A stretch of 64,000 nucleotides of DNA, taken from NCBI GenBank assembly GCA_964291405.2, contig OZ219926.1:3712001-3776000 (forward strand). The letters are read 5' to 3'. Below the pieces are notes generated by a model. It was given only the letters and a program-made list of their open reading frames with translations. It was not told the DNA's origin and did not search any database. This DNA is from Thermodesulfobacteriota bacterium (GTDB taxonomy: Bacteria > Desulfobacterota > Binatia > Bin18). Position 1 is the first letter of the stretch; every line of letters starts with the position of its first letter. The translations under genes were made by a program, and so were the position numbers. This document shows positions 1-9,823 of the stretch, in pieces.

Positions 1-859
1 CTTTGAACCCCCCGCCGTGATTGTTGTTGGCGACGTGGTTCGACTCCGCGAGCAGTTGCAATGGTTTGAATCAAAACCCCTTTTTGGGAAACGCATTGTG
101 ATTACCCGCCCTCGGATTCAGGCGAGCGGTTTTGCCGACCTGCTCGAACAGTATGGAGCAGAGGTCTTCCGTTTTCCGCTGATCGAAACGGTGCCGCCGG
201 ACTCCTCTGCCGCCCTGGACACGGCCCTGGATGCCTTGGCAGGTTATGACTGGCTCGTCTTTACGAGTGTGAATGGTGTGCGCTATTTTTTTGAGCGTTT
301 GCAAGCCCGGCAGCGAGACATCCGCAGCCTGGGAGATATCCGTATTGCTGCGATTGGACCGGAAACCGCGCGTTCGATACAGGCTCGCCACCTGCGGGTT
401 GATGCCATGCCACACGAATATCAGGCAGAGGCGCTTATACAGGTGCTCAAGGCAGAAAAGGCGCAACGCATCCTGTTGCCCCGCGCTGCCGAAGCACGAG
501 CCGTTTTACCCCAGGAGCTGCGCGCGTCCGGCGCACAGGTTGACGAGATCGCAATCTATCGCACCATCCGGCCCCAGGGTCGAGACGAAACCCTACGTGC
601 TATGCTGCGCGCCGGGCAGGTTGATCTGCTGACGTTTACCAGCTCCAGCACGGTCCGAAACTTTATGGAGTGCCTGTCCGGAGAAGACAGTGCAGTCTTA
701 CTGGGTCATGCTCAGATCGGCTGTATTGGGCCGATCACCGCCGCGACCGCCCGGGAATACGGGTTGACTGTGGCGGTCCAGCCGTCAGCCTATACGATTT
801 CCGCTTTTGTCGAGGCCATCGTTGCATATTTCCATACAGAGCATAATACAATAGGGTGA
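1..859 (+). CDS. hemD: Uroporphyrinogen-III synthase, C-terminal part of a probable CobA(SUMT)-HemD fusion; 5'-partial
   Basis: Frame is open from the window edge (FEPPAVIVVGDVVRLREQLQWFESKPLFGKRIVITRP is the typical CobA-HemD linker); HemD motifs WLVFTSVNGV, AAIGPETA, FTSSSTV, CIGPITA; directly upstream of hemB. Confidence 0.9.
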   Translation, partial: FEPPAVIVVGDVVRLREQLQWFESKPLFGKRIVITRPRIQASGFADLLEQYGAEVFRFPLIETVPPDSSAALDTALDALAGYDWLVFTSVNGVRYFFERLQARQRDIRSLGDIRIAAIGPETARSIQARHLRVDAMPHEYQAEALIQVLKAEKAQRILLPRAAEARAVLPQELRASGAQVDEIAIYRTIRPQGRDETLRAMLRAGQVDLLTFTSSSTVRNFMECLSGEDSAVLLGHAQIGCIGPITAATAREYGLTVAVQPSAYTISAFVEAIVAYFHTEHNTIG

Positions 860-874
860 TTGGAGTCTCACGTT

Positions 875-1861
875 ATGTCTTTTCCCATCCACCGGCCACG
901 CCGCCTGCGACGCAACGAGAATCTGCGTCGGATGACGAGAGAAACACATCTGCGGGTTGATGACCTGATTATGCCGCTATTCATCGTGCCCGGGACGCGG
1001 GTGGAAAACCCGATTGGATCAATGCCCGGTATTGCCCAACTCTCGGTTGATCGGGCCGTAGAAGAGTGTAAGCAGATTCGAGACCTCGGGATTCCCGGGG
1101 TGATCTTATTCGGCATCCCGGATGAAAAGGATGCGGTCGGCTCTGACGCCTATGACGATAACGGTATTATCCAACGCGCCTTACGCGCGCTCAAGGAAGA
1201 AGTGCCCGGACTCACGCTGATTACCGATGTCTGCTTGTGTGAGTACACCGACCACGGGCATTGTGGCCTGATCAAAGGCCACGACGTCGAGAATGACGCC
1301 ACGCTTGAGCTCCTGGTGAAAGAGTCGCTCTCGCATGTTCGAGCCGGGGCGGACATGGTGGCGCCGTCTGACATGATGGACGGCCGGGTTAGGGCCATTC
1401 GTCAGGCGCTCGACCGGGAGGGCTTTCCTCATATTCCGATTATGGCCTATGCAGCCAAATTTGCCTCCGGCTTTTACGGCCCTTTTCGCGAGGCAGCGGA
1501 ATCGACGCCTCAGTTTGGGGATCGGCGCTCCTACCAGATGGATCCGGCCAATGGAGACGAAGCGCTCCGAGAGGTTGCCCTTGATATTGAAGAAGGGGCG
1601 GATATCGTGATGGTTAAACCCGCCTTGCCGTATTTGGACATTATCCGCCGCGCTAAGGAGAAATTCAGCTACCCGCTCGCCGCCTATAATGTGAGTGGGG
1701 AATACGCCATGCTCAAAGCTGCGGCACTGAACGGCTGGCTGGATGAGGAGCGCGTCATGCTCGAAGCCCTGACGAGTATCAAGCGCGCCGGTGCCGATCT
1801 CATTCTGACGTATTTTGCCAAGGATGCGGCGCGGATACTGGAGAAGAGCCGGGCGACGTAA
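875..1861 (+). CDS. hemB: Porphobilinogen synthase (delta-aminolevulinate dehydratase), Zn-type
   Basis: RPRRLR N-terminus, [14 protein letters not shown] Zn site, [37 protein letters not shown]. Confidence 0.97.
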   Translation: MSFPIHRPRRLRRNENLRRMTRETHLRVDDLIMPLFIVPGTRVENPIGSMPGIAQLSVDRAVEECKQIRDLGIPGVILFGIPDEKDAVGSDAYDDNGIIQRALRALKEEVPGLTLITDVCLCEYTDHGHCGLIKGHDVENDATLELLVKESLSHVRAGADMVAPSDMMDGRVRAIRQALDREGFPHIPIMAYAAKFASGFYGPFREAAESTPQFGDRRSYQMDPANGDEALREVALDIEEGADIVMVKPALPYLDIIRRAKEKFSYPLAAYNVSGEYAMLKAAALNGWLDEERVMLEALTSIKRAGADLILTYFAKDAARILEKSRAT

Positions 1862-1882
1862 CGGTATTAGAGAGTGTCCGTC

Positions 1883-2056
1883 ATGCCCCACAAGAAAAAG
1901 AAACCGGCGGTCGTGTCTACGCTCGACGCGCTCCGCCGGGTACGGAAAGAACTCCCGCCACCGGCCCGTCTGCAAGAGGATGAAAAAAAATATCATCGTC
2001 CGGTTGCCCGGCGGGAGACCAGAAAAGAGATTGAGCGCTCCAGGCAAGAAGAGTAG
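1883..2056 (+). CDS. Small basic hypothetical protein
   Basis: Short ORF (MPHKKKKP...VRKELPPPARLQEDEKKYHR) filling the gap after hemB on the same strand; no recognised motif. Confidence 0.5.
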   Translation: MPHKKKKPAVVSTLDALRRVRKELPPPARLQEDEKKYHRPVARRETRKEIERSRQEE

Positions 2057-2102
2057 AGTACAGGGAGTGAAGACGGATATGCGCAAGAGGAGGCAGTCTC
2101 TC

Positions 2103-2393
2103 ATGACATGGAAGAAACAAGCGGTCGTGACGGCGGCAGCCGTGCTGTTCTTGGCTCCGGCGGCGGTCGCCGGTGACAATTATGATGATTTTGAGGATAC
2201 CCATCCGCTTCGGATTGTCTCCTACCCGGTCCACGCGGTCGGTTATTTGCTTGAGCGGCTGATCGCGCGGCCCCTGCATGCGATCGTATCGCAGCCGAAG
2301 ATTGAGCCGATAGTCGGTCATGATAAGCACCCGTTTGATTTTGATGAACAGATTCGGGAAGCGCCGGCCCCGACCGAGTATAACCCCGGCTGA
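2103..2393 (+). CDS. Hypothetical exported protein
   Basis: GAGGAGG RBS upstream; signal-peptide-like N-terminus MTWKKQAVVTAAAVLFLAPAAVA; HPLRIVSYPVHAVGYLLE core. Confidence 0.65.
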   Translation: MTWKKQAVVTAAAVLFLAPAAVAGDNYDDFEDTHPLRIVSYPVHAVGYLLERLIARPLHAIVSQPKIEPIVGHDKHPFDFDEQIREAPAPTEYNPG

Positions 2394-2471
2394 TGCCGCC
2401 GTCCTGCGTTGGCCGGATCGAACGCAGCGCACATCAGACAGACGGCTCAAACCCGGAAGGAGGGTCTTGGT

Positions 2472-2918
2472 ATGAAACAGAAAATCGAAGGCGAATACGT
2501 CCATGTTGACTCAGTCGGCTGGCAGCCGTTTCCCGGAGAATTTTCGGCTGGGGGCATTCGGTGGAAGCTGTTGCACGTCTCTCCGGAGATGGGCGCCTGG
2601 ACGGCGATTTTTGATTGTCCGAAGGGGTCCTCGTTCGCCCGGCATATTCATGTCGGGCCGGGTGAGTATTTCCTGACCAAAGGCAAAATGGAAGTCCGCG
2701 GTGGCGCGGGCGATGGCGGGGCGACGGCAGTGGCCGTCGGCTATGGCTACGAAGCCTGTAACGCTCGGCACGACCAGACCAATTTTGTTGAAGACAGTGA
2801 ATTCTATATGACCTTCCTCGGCCCGCTCCAATTTATTGACGAGGATGGCAATACGCTGGCCGTCGTGGGCTGGGAACAGGCCGACGGCCTGTGGGCACAG
2901 CAGACCGGACAAGCGTAG
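2472..2918 (+). CDS. dke1: Acetylacetone-cleaving enzyme Dke1-like cupin dioxygenase
   Basis: WTAIFDCPKGSSFARHIHVGPGEYFLTKGKMEVRGG, RH and FYMTFLGPLQFIDEDG closely recall Acinetobacter Dke1; three-His metal site (HxH...H). Confidence 0.85.
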   Translation: MKQKIEGEYVHVDSVGWQPFPGEFSAGGIRWKLLHVSPEMGAWTAIFDCPKGSSFARHIHVGPGEYFLTKGKMEVRGGAGDGGATAVAVGYGYEACNARHDQTNFVEDSEFYMTFLGPLQFIDEDGNTLAVVGWEQADGLWAQQTGQA

Positions 2919-2925
2919 TCCCGCC

Positions 2926-3393
2926 TTATTCCCTTGTCCCGCCTTGTCTTGGGGCGCGCCACGCCGGGCGCTTGCCAGGGTGACTTATCGTTCCTTCGGG
3001 AAAACGCGATAAGTCATCTTTTGTGTCAAAATACGAGGCCCTGGAACTGTACCAAATGTGGACGGTTGGTCGAACGGCTTCAGAATCGTCAAGAATACAA
3101 GGGTTGAAGGAGACGAAATCCTGTTGGTCCGTTGGAGAAACGCGATAACGACCGAACAGACCGCAACCGCAGGTTGAACAGAAATAGCGCTCCCAGTTCT
3201 CGGACGAACGAAACATCGACGGTGAGCCATGAGTGAGACGAAAGGAGTGGGTGGGGGCGCTCGCCCAAACGATAGCCGGCGCTCCGCTGAGTCGGCGACA
3301 CACCGAGCAATGACAATACCCCGCATCAAAAATATCTGAGACTTCAAACCGGATATCGCCACAGTAACAGCCACCCTGAAATGTATCGTTCAC
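2926..3393 (-). CDS. GFA / CENP-V family Zn-binding protein
   Basis: GGCYCG, CHCSVCRR, RYFCSTCG, PTVHIW motifs. Confidence 0.9.
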   Translation of the reverse strand: MNDTFQGGCYCGDIRFEVSDIFDAGYCHCSVCRRLSGAPAIVWASAPTHSFRLTHGSPSMFRSSENWERYFCSTCGCGLFGRYRVSPTDQQDFVSFNPCILDDSEAVRPTVHIWYSSRASYFDTKDDLSRFPEGTISHPGKRPAWRAPRQGGTRE

Positions 3394-3484
3394 ATTCTCT
3401 CTCCTTTGACATCTATTACGAGCCTCAAGCCTTGTGACTTGCTTTTCAGCAGATTGATATGGATACGGGTGTCAGCCGAGGGCA

Positions 3485-4513
3485 TCAGTCCCACGTGCCA
3501 TACCGCAGTGCTCCCGTACACACGACCTCACCGTGGCCTGGAACGATCTCCCCAATAGGATAGGCATACTCGCCGCAACCCTGGATATGCGCTACGACCT
3601 CGGAGACGTGGGATTGCTGACACACGACGGCGATCCCTACTCCCAGGTTGAACGTCCGAAGCATATGTTCATCAGAGATTGATCCGCGCTGTTTGATTAC
3701 ACCGAATACTGGATTGACTTGATAGGTAGAGAGATCAATTACGGCGTTACAGTTGGACGGCAGGATACGATTAAGATTCTCTTGTATTCCTCCTCCAGTG
3801 ATATGAGCCATGCCGGTAATAAAATCCGTCTGGAAGAGGTTTTTGAGGGATTGGTAGTAACAGCGGTGCGGTTCCAAGACGAGATCCAGAAATGGACGAT
3901 TGTCTATCTGTTGAGTCAGGAGTTCAGGATTTTGGGCTATCAGGTCCCGGATTAGGGTATAGCCATTGGTATGTGGACCGGATGATTGAACGGCAACAAC
4001 GATGTCACCAACAGTCATGTGAGAGCCGTCAATAATCTGATCCCGTTCGACAATACCAACAATATTCGATCCGAGAATATACTTTTCTGCGTCCAGCATT
4101 CCCGGTTGTTCCGAGGTTTCTCCGCCTGTCAGTATGCAACCCTGCGCTTCGCAGGCAGCAGCACAGGCGGCAACAATACGCTTGACCGTAGAACCGTCGA
4201 GTTTGCCACACACGATCAGGTCTTGAACGGCGAGCGGCTCCGCGCCCATAACAATGCAGTCATTGATGAGATGATTAATCATGTCATGGCAGACAGACTC
4301 TACGCGATCATGCGCAAATGCGAGGATCTGTTTGCTACCGGGCTCCTCTGTTTTCAGCACCAGGACAGGATTGGTGTAGGTGCTAATGTCCAGTAAAAAC
4401 AAAGAGGAAAAAGCGCCAACTGTATTGAGCAGACGCGCATCTTTCCCATCAATGAACTTAGAGAACCCCGCTTTTGTCTGGTTCGCCAAGTCAACGTTGA
4501 CACGATATTTCAC
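3485..4513 (-). CDS. purM: PurM-like phosphoribosylformylglycinamidine cyclo-ligase (divergent)
   Basis: NDCIVMGAEPL, GGETSEQPG, SSGPHTNGYTLIR, AHITGGGIQENLNRILP, RTFNLGVG; canonical TDGVGTK replaced by TEEPGSK. Confidence 0.8.
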   Translation of the reverse strand: MKYRVNVDLANQTKAGFSKFIDGKDARLLNTVGAFSSLFLLDISTYTNPVLVLKTEEPGSKQILAFAHDRVESVCHDMINHLINDCIVMGAEPLAVQDLIVCGKLDGSTVKRIVAACAAACEAQGCILTGGETSEQPGMLDAEKYILGSNIVGIVERDQIIDGSHMTVGDIVVAVQSSGPHTNGYTLIRDLIAQNPELLTQQIDNRPFLDLVLEPHRCYYQSLKNLFQTDFITGMAHITGGGIQENLNRILPSNCNAVIDLSTYQVNPVFGVIKQRGSISDEHMLRTFNLGVGIAVVCQQSHVSEVVAHIQGCGEYAYPIGEIVPGHGEVVCTGALRYGTWD

Positions 4514-4594
4514 ATTTCATCCTGTGTAAGAAGTCATTCTTTCCCTGGGCAACTCCTCATATATCATAAGTGCGTTATGATGGAGCCAGATAAG

Positions 4595-5083
4595 TTAATT
4601 CCTGGTAGATCGTAGTGATGAAAAGCTAAGCGACCCATTTCTTTGAAATATCCTGCGTGCATACTCACAGAACTGCTTGACGGCGGCCCGATTGGGCGTC
4701 TCACCTGTCTGAAGCGTTGCTGCCTGGAGATACGGCCCTGGTTTGTCGGAAATATTCTTAAGGTTCTCCCAACTCGGCTGTACAACGAAATGCAAGTGTT
4801 GCGGCTGCCACCCAGCGTGAGACCACAAGTAAACGTATACTTGGCTTGGTTGGAGAAGTTCAGAAACGACCTGCGACACCTCGCGGAGCAGCGGCCCCAT
4901 CTCTGCTGTCTCCTGGCTGGTGAGTTCCCATAAATGCAGGCAGTGCTGCAAGGGTTTGACGATAAGCGTCCCAACGCCGAGTGGTCCAGTACAGTGTTCG
5001 ACAACCCAGTGCTGCGTACGGTGAACGCGTCCGCCTGGAAGGTCTTTTCGGCCCTGAGTCAGTTGACACGCGTAGCAGTCCAT
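4595..5083 (-). CDS. HIT-family protein
   Basis: N-terminal CxxC (CYAC), GTLIVKP..H, HLHFVVQP partial histidine-triad motif. Confidence 0.75.
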   Translation of the reverse strand: MDCYACQLTQGRKDLPGGRVHRTQHWVVEHCTGPLGVGTLIVKPLQHCLHLWELTSQETAEMGPLLREVSQVVSELLQPSQVYVYLWSHAGWQPQHLHFVVQPSWENLKNISDKPGPYLQAATLQTGETPNRAAVKQFCEYARRIFQRNGSLSFSSLRSTRN

Positions 5084-5176
5084 ACAAAGCTCTCCTTCTG
5101 TATCAAGTGTATCTGTAGTTGATCCTACGGCTAACTGACCTTATCTGAATCTGACTGAGGATAAACGGGAGACTGT

Positions 5177-6019
5177 ATGAATCGCGCCGAACGTCGACGG
5201 CAAGCCAAGGCCACAAGGAAGAAACCGACTGAAGAAGAGAAAGCACCCGCTCCACGGTTGGATATTGCCCAGATTAAAGACCAACTCCAACAGGCGGCTT
5301 CGCCTCAGGAAGTACAAGAGTTTATCGGACAGCTCCGTGAACGCGGGCTACCCCAGGCCGGTGGCGAAGAGTTGATTGCCTACGCTGCGCAGTACCATGA
5401 GGCGCTTGCTGCCCTGAACAGCGATGACAAGGCAGCGTCCGTAGCTCTCCTGGTGAACTCCGCGCACGCCTGGGCGGACGACCGGATCGACCAATCGCCC
5501 GATCGTGAGCGGCGTGCGTGCAAAGCGGGCTGTGCCTTTTGTTGTTATTTGCCCGTTGTGTTGGCCAGTGCCGCTGAGGTGGTCTATCTGGCAGACTGGC
5601 TGAGGGCCAACTGTACGCCTGAAGAGTTGTCAGCCGTGCGGAGCAGGCTGGAAGCTCGGTGCGAGCAGAGCGCGACCAACTCGCCAGACCAGAAGCGCCT
5701 CCCCTGTGCTCTACTCCAGGACGATACATGTATGGCCTATGAAGCCCGCCCGTTCAAATGTCGCGGCTGGAACTCCGTTCGCCTTGAGGCGTGCGAACGG
5801 GCCTACGGGCAAAGCCAGACCACAACGAAAGTGCCGGTTGATACCTTCGCTTTTGTCATGGGGAATGCGGTGCTGAACGGTCTGAGTGACGCCACGCAGA
5901 ACGCTGAGCTTGACGGCGGAGCGTATGAACTCAACGCGGCCTTACTCCGCGCGCTCGACCTGCCGGACGCAACCCTCCGTTGGCGAAGCGGTGAGCGGCT
6001 TTTTGATGGGGGACGTTGA
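5177..6019 (+). CDS. YkgJ/UPF0153 family cysteine-cluster (Zn/Fe-chelating) protein
   Basis: CKAGCAFCC and CALL...CMAYEARPFKCR cysteine motifs; NRAERRR N-terminus. Confidence 0.8.
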   Translation: MNRAERRRQAKATRKKPTEEEKAPAPRLDIAQIKDQLQQAASPQEVQEFIGQLRERGLPQAGGEELIAYAAQYHEALAALNSDDKAASVALLVNSAHAWADDRIDQSPDRERRACKAGCAFCCYLPVVLASAAEVVYLADWLRANCTPEELSAVRSRLEARCEQSATNSPDQKRLPCALLQDDTCMAYEARPFKCRGWNSVRLEACERAYGQSQTTTKVPVDTFAFVMGNAVLNGLSDATQNAELDGGAYELNAALLRALDLPDATLRWRSGERLFDGGR

Positions 6020-6022
6020 GGG

Positions 6023-7753
6023 CTACTCCCGAACCGCGAACACCCATAGCACTCCGCCCTGCGGGACGTGCGTCTTGGTGCCGTAGAAGGTATTCAGCAT
6101 CTCCTGTTTCCGCTCTGCATCCACGCCCCAGCCTGACAGCACGGCAACATACTGGACCCCATCGACTTGATACGTTGTAGGAACGCCCGTTACCCCGGAA
6201 TTTGTACGTTGCTGCCATAAGACTTGGCCGGTCTTGGCGTCAAAGGCACGAAAGTAGCGGTCATTGGTCCCACCCATAAAAACAAGACCGCCGCCGGTTG
6301 TGAGCACCGGCCCCCAATTGTGACTCTTAAAGGTAGAGGTCCAGACTTTCTTGCCCGCGTTCAAATCCCAAGCCTGGAGCTCGCCAATATGGTCTTTGGC
6401 GTCCGGATGGGGCAGCAATTCGAAATCGTCGGGAAACGCGACGCCCATATAGAGCTGACCGGGTCGATAGGTTTCTTCTCGACCAGTCAGCGCGCCGCAC
6501 AGGTTCTCGTTGGCCGGGACGTAGAGCAGGCCGGTATTGGGATTATACGCCGCCGGTGGCCAGTCCTTGCCCCCCCACGAGGAAGGGCAGTACTCGGCAC
6601 GTCGTCCGATACCGGGAATTTTCGTGGTATCGTATTCAGGTCGGCCCGTTTCAGGGTCAATACTTTTGAAGACATTCTGGCGAACAAAGGGCTGGGCTTC
6701 CACAAAATTGATCTGGTCCGCGCTCCGCTCCAGCGTCCACAGATAGCCGTTACGCGCGGGATGCACCAAGCCTTTAAAGGCCCGGTCGCCCTTTTTGACA
6801 TCGATCAACAGCGGAGCGGACACCTCATCCCAGTCCCATGAACCGTTCCAGTGGTATTGATGGTGCGCCTTCAGCTCACCGCTGTCCGCGTCCAAGGCGA
6901 TGACCGAAGTCGAATACAGATTATTCCCCGGTCGAGCCTCGCCCATGAACGGGCCGGCATTTCCGGTTCCCCAGAAGGTGAGGTTGAGGTCCGGGTCATA
7001 GCTGCCGGTCACCCAAATCGACACTCCGCCGGTCTTCCAGCTCTCGTCCGCCCAACTCTCGTGGCCGGGCTCTCCCGGTCCGGGAACAGTATGGGTTTTC
7101 CAGATGGATTTTCCGGTCTCAGCATCAAGGGCCTGGATAAAGCCACGGATACCAAACTCTCCACCAGACATACCGACAATGATTTTACCGTTCACCGCCA
7201 AGGGAGCGAGGGTCATGTAATAACCGGACAAATAGTCTTCGAGCTCTTCCTCCCAGACCACTTCGCCCGTTTTGGCGTCCAGGGCGACCACACAGGTATC
7301 GACCGTCCCGAAGTAGACTTTATCGCCATACAGGGCGACACCACGATTGGTCGGATGCAACTGGAACAGGTCTTCGGGTAAATCGCGCTCATAACGCCAC
7401 AAGAGGTCGCCCGTCTTGGCATTAAAGGCAAAGACCTGATTTTCGGGGGACGTGACGAACATGACACCATTGTTCACGATCGGCGGGGCTTGATGACCCT
7501 CCGTCACGCCGGTCGAAAAGGTCCAGACCGGAACGAGCTTGCCCACATTGGCGGGCGTAATCTGATCCAAGGGACTATAGCCCCAGCTATTATACGTCCC
7601 GCGATACATGAGCCAATTTTCAGGCTCGGGCTGCAACAGCCGTTGTGTGGTCACGGGCGTATAGTCCTGCTGCTGGGCGCTTACCAGAACGGGCGCAAAC
7701 CCGAAGAGACTGACGAGGAGACTTGTGAGGAGGCTAAACGTGCTGTATCGCAT
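6023..7753 (-). CDS. PQQ-dependent dehydrogenase, methanol/ethanol family, periplasmic
   Basis: Signal peptide; ENWLMYRG, YSPLDQIT, repeated A.DA.TG...W beta-propeller motifs, SGGEFGIRG, WGTGN, WDWDE, YCPSSWGGKDW, GVQYVAV. Confidence 0.93.
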   Translation of the reverse strand: MRYSTFSLLTSLLVSLFGFAPVLVSAQQQDYTPVTTQRLLQPEPENWLMYRGTYNSWGYSPLDQITPANVGKLVPVWTFSTGVTEGHQAPPIVNNGVMFVTSPENQVFAFNAKTGDLLWRYERDLPEDLFQLHPTNRGVALYGDKVYFGTVDTCVVALDAKTGEVVWEEELEDYLSGYYMTLAPLAVNGKIIVGMSGGEFGIRGFIQALDAETGKSIWKTHTVPGPGEPGHESWADESWKTGGVSIWVTGSYDPDLNLTFWGTGNAGPFMGEARPGNNLYSTSVIALDADSGELKAHHQYHWNGSWDWDEVSAPLLIDVKKGDRAFKGLVHPARNGYLWTLERSADQINFVEAQPFVRQNVFKSIDPETGRPEYDTTKIPGIGRRAEYCPSSWGGKDWPPAAYNPNTGLLYVPANENLCGALTGREETYRPGQLYMGVAFPDDFELLPHPDAKDHIGELQAWDLNAGKKVWTSTFKSHNWGPVLTTGGGLVFMGGTNDRYFRAFDAKTGQVLWQQRTNSGVTGVPTTYQVDGVQYVAVLSGWGVDAERKQEMLNTFYGTKTHVPQGGVLWVFAVRE

Positions 7754-7764
7754 CTGACGTATCC

Positions 7765-8394
7765 TTACTTCTTTTTCTTAAAACCGACTTTACCTATAAA
7801 GGGCCCTTTGACCGTCAGGAGCCCGTCTCTCACCTCTAATGGAAGGGTCGCCAATGGCTTAGGTGCCGGACCACCGACCACGCGGCCATGGTTTTTCGGG
7901 TCAAAGAACGACGCATGACACGGACAGACAAGCTGCTGCGTCGGTCCGATCCATTCGGACACATCACAACCCGTATGAGTGCACACGGCCGAATAGCATA
8001 CGAGTCCGTCCAATGAGCGTACACGCGTCTTTTCGCTCAGCTCTTCTGGATTCAACCGGATCAAGAGAACCTGATTGAGCCGAAACCGGCTGCGCACAGT
8101 GTCGGTCGCCGGGTCCTTGGGATAGGCGAACTCCGGGCGCTCGCCGAATGAGATGTCTTGTGGGGTGATGGCCTGCCCGGCCCGGTCTCCAAAGGCGAAC
8201 ACCAGTTGATCGCCGGGCGTAAGACGCGAACGGCGCGGGTCTTTTTTTCTCGCCGCGTTCGCCACCCGGTCAAAGACCGGCAAGCCCAGACCCAGCCCAA
8301 ACAGGCAGGTCAGCAGGGCGCGACGAGTGAGACACCGGAAGTCCGTTTTGTGTACAGCCAAGTGTAACGAATGTAGACAACCGCCGCGTGTCAT
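7765..8394 (-). CDS. Rieske [2Fe-2S] protein (QcrA/PetA-like), probably Tat-exported
   Basis: CTHTGC and CPCHAS Rieske boxes, GGPAPKPL; TRRALL twin-arginine motif plus hydrophobic stretch; start codon uncertain. Confidence 0.88.
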   Translation of the reverse strand: MTRGGCLHSLHLAVHKTDFRCLTRRALLTCLFGLGLGLPVFDRVANAARKKDPRRSRLTPGDQLVFAFGDRAGQAITPQDISFGERPEFAYPKDPATDTVRSRFRLNQVLLIRLNPEELSEKTRVRSLDGLVCYSAVCTHTGCDVSEWIGPTQQLVCPCHASFFDPKNHGRVVGGPAPKPLATLPLEVRDGLLTVKGPFIGKVGFKKKK

Positions 8395-8510
8395 CACTGT
8401 TCCTCGCCGCAACCTTCTACTGGCGTGGAACAGTGCAGTCAACGGGATGGAAGAGTGGATGGGGTAGAGGGTCTCCTACCCCTCCGCTCTCAAGAGGGGA
8501 AAGACGCTAC

Positions 8511-9713
8511 CTACTGAATCTTATCCGTAAAATTCGGCAACACTTTTTCGGTCAGCAGCTCGAAGCTGTGCATGACGTTCTTGTGCGGCACGAGCTCATT
8601 ATAGGTGTAGAGCCAGAAGTACTCGGCCGGCAACTTTTTGAAGATCGCCTCAAACTTGCGGCTCACAGTATCCGGGCTGCCGCAAATGGTGAGGCCGCGC
8701 TCGACCATGGACTCGAACGTATTCGGAATCGTCCGGTAATCCTCATCAACCCGCATCAGGGCGGCGTTAAAGCCGAACGGCTCAAAGAACTTGGTCCAGA
8801 TAAAACAGCCGCTCTCTCTGCCCAGGGCCATAGCTTCTTCGTCCGTGTCGGCCACGATCACCTCGCGCACCAGGCCGACACCTTGACCGAAGTCCAGGCT
8901 CTTACCGACTTCAGCCGCGCCTTCCTGGCAGGCGCGGAACTGGCCAGAGCAGATATCCGGGTCACAGACAACGGTCAGCGGGACCACATTGTTCTGGGCG
9001 GCCCAGCGGACCGAGGACTCCGAAAAGCTAAACGGCTGGAAGAGGGGCGGGTGAGGCTTCTGATACGGTTCGGGCACCGTGCCTATCTCGGTCAGGATAC
9101 CCTTGTCATCTACGCCCTGGCCAAACTCGCGGGTGACATTATGCGCCGGCCAGAAAACGTCCTTGGGCGGAATCTGCCAGTGCTTGCCCGAATGACTGAA
9201 GGTCGGGCTGGTCCAGGCCTTCATGATAATTTGAAAATGTTCCTGGTAGAGTTCTCTCTTGAGCTCTTCGTACCGTTCCGGGTCGGTGTTGTTGTCGGCC
9301 AGTATATCATAGTGCTGCCCCAGGGTGTTGACCCAGCGCGGCTGATAGCCCCGGGCAAAGCCAACAAAGGCCCGGCCTTTTGTGACTTGATCGAGAATGG
9401 CGGTGTCTTCAGCCACGCGAATGGGATTCTGGCAGGGGAGGACCAGGCCGAGTTGTCCCAGCCGGATATTCTCGGTCTGCATGCCGAGATACAGGTCGAG
9501 CATGAGGGGGTTGGTCGAAACCTCTTCGCCTTCGATATGGAAATGGTGTTCGGTGAAGCCGATACCATAATAGCCGTGCGCGTCGAGATATTGAGCCTGT
9601 TCAGACAGATTGCGCAGCATGCGCTGGTAGAGGTCTGTCCGCCGACCGGCCATACCTGCTTGCAGCTCACTCTTGTTGCCAATCGCGGGAAGATAGAAAA
9701 CACCGAATTCCAT
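8511..9713 (-). CDS. LLM-class (luciferase-like) flavin-dependent oxidoreductase
   Basis: FTEHHF, NPIRVAEDTAILDQVTKGR, GFARGY, PEPYQKPHPP, CGSPDTV. Confidence 0.9.
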   Translation of the reverse strand: MEFGVFYLPAIGNKSELQAGMAGRRTDLYQRMLRNLSEQAQYLDAHGYYGIGFTEHHFHIEGEEVSTNPLMLDLYLGMQTENIRLGQLGLVLPCQNPIRVAEDTAILDQVTKGRAFVGFARGYQPRWVNTLGQHYDILADNNTDPERYEELKRELYQEHFQIIMKAWTSPTFSHSGKHWQIPPKDVFWPAHNVTREFGQGVDDKGILTEIGTVPEPYQKPHPPLFQPFSFSESSVRWAAQNNVVPLTVVCDPDICSGQFRACQEGAAEVGKSLDFGQGVGLVREVIVADTDEEAMALGRESGCFIWTKFFEPFGFNAALMRVDEDYRTIPNTFESMVERGLTICGSPDTVSRKFEAIFKKLPAEYFWLYTYNELVPHKNVMHSFELLTEKVLPNFTDKIQ

Positions 9714-9823
9714 AGGTCACTCCTTGTTGCGAAATGGTTTGCCGTCTCTGTCCGTGGGGAAGTTTGAGAAGCGGAGGTGAAAAAAGCGAGGAGGCCAAAA
9801 GGCCCCCTACCGTGTTCGTTAAT

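Noticed and set aside
1181-2179. 332-aa minus-strand ORF
   Set aside because: Antisense to hemB and two small genes; no motif
8461-8482. GGGGTAG/CTACCCC hairpin downstream of the LLM gene
   Set aside because: Only a 7-bp stem with no U-tract and no second copy noticed; too weak to call a terminator or REP
8388-9767. 459-aa plus-strand ORF
   Set aside because: Antisense shadow of the LLM gene in GC-rich DNA; no motifs
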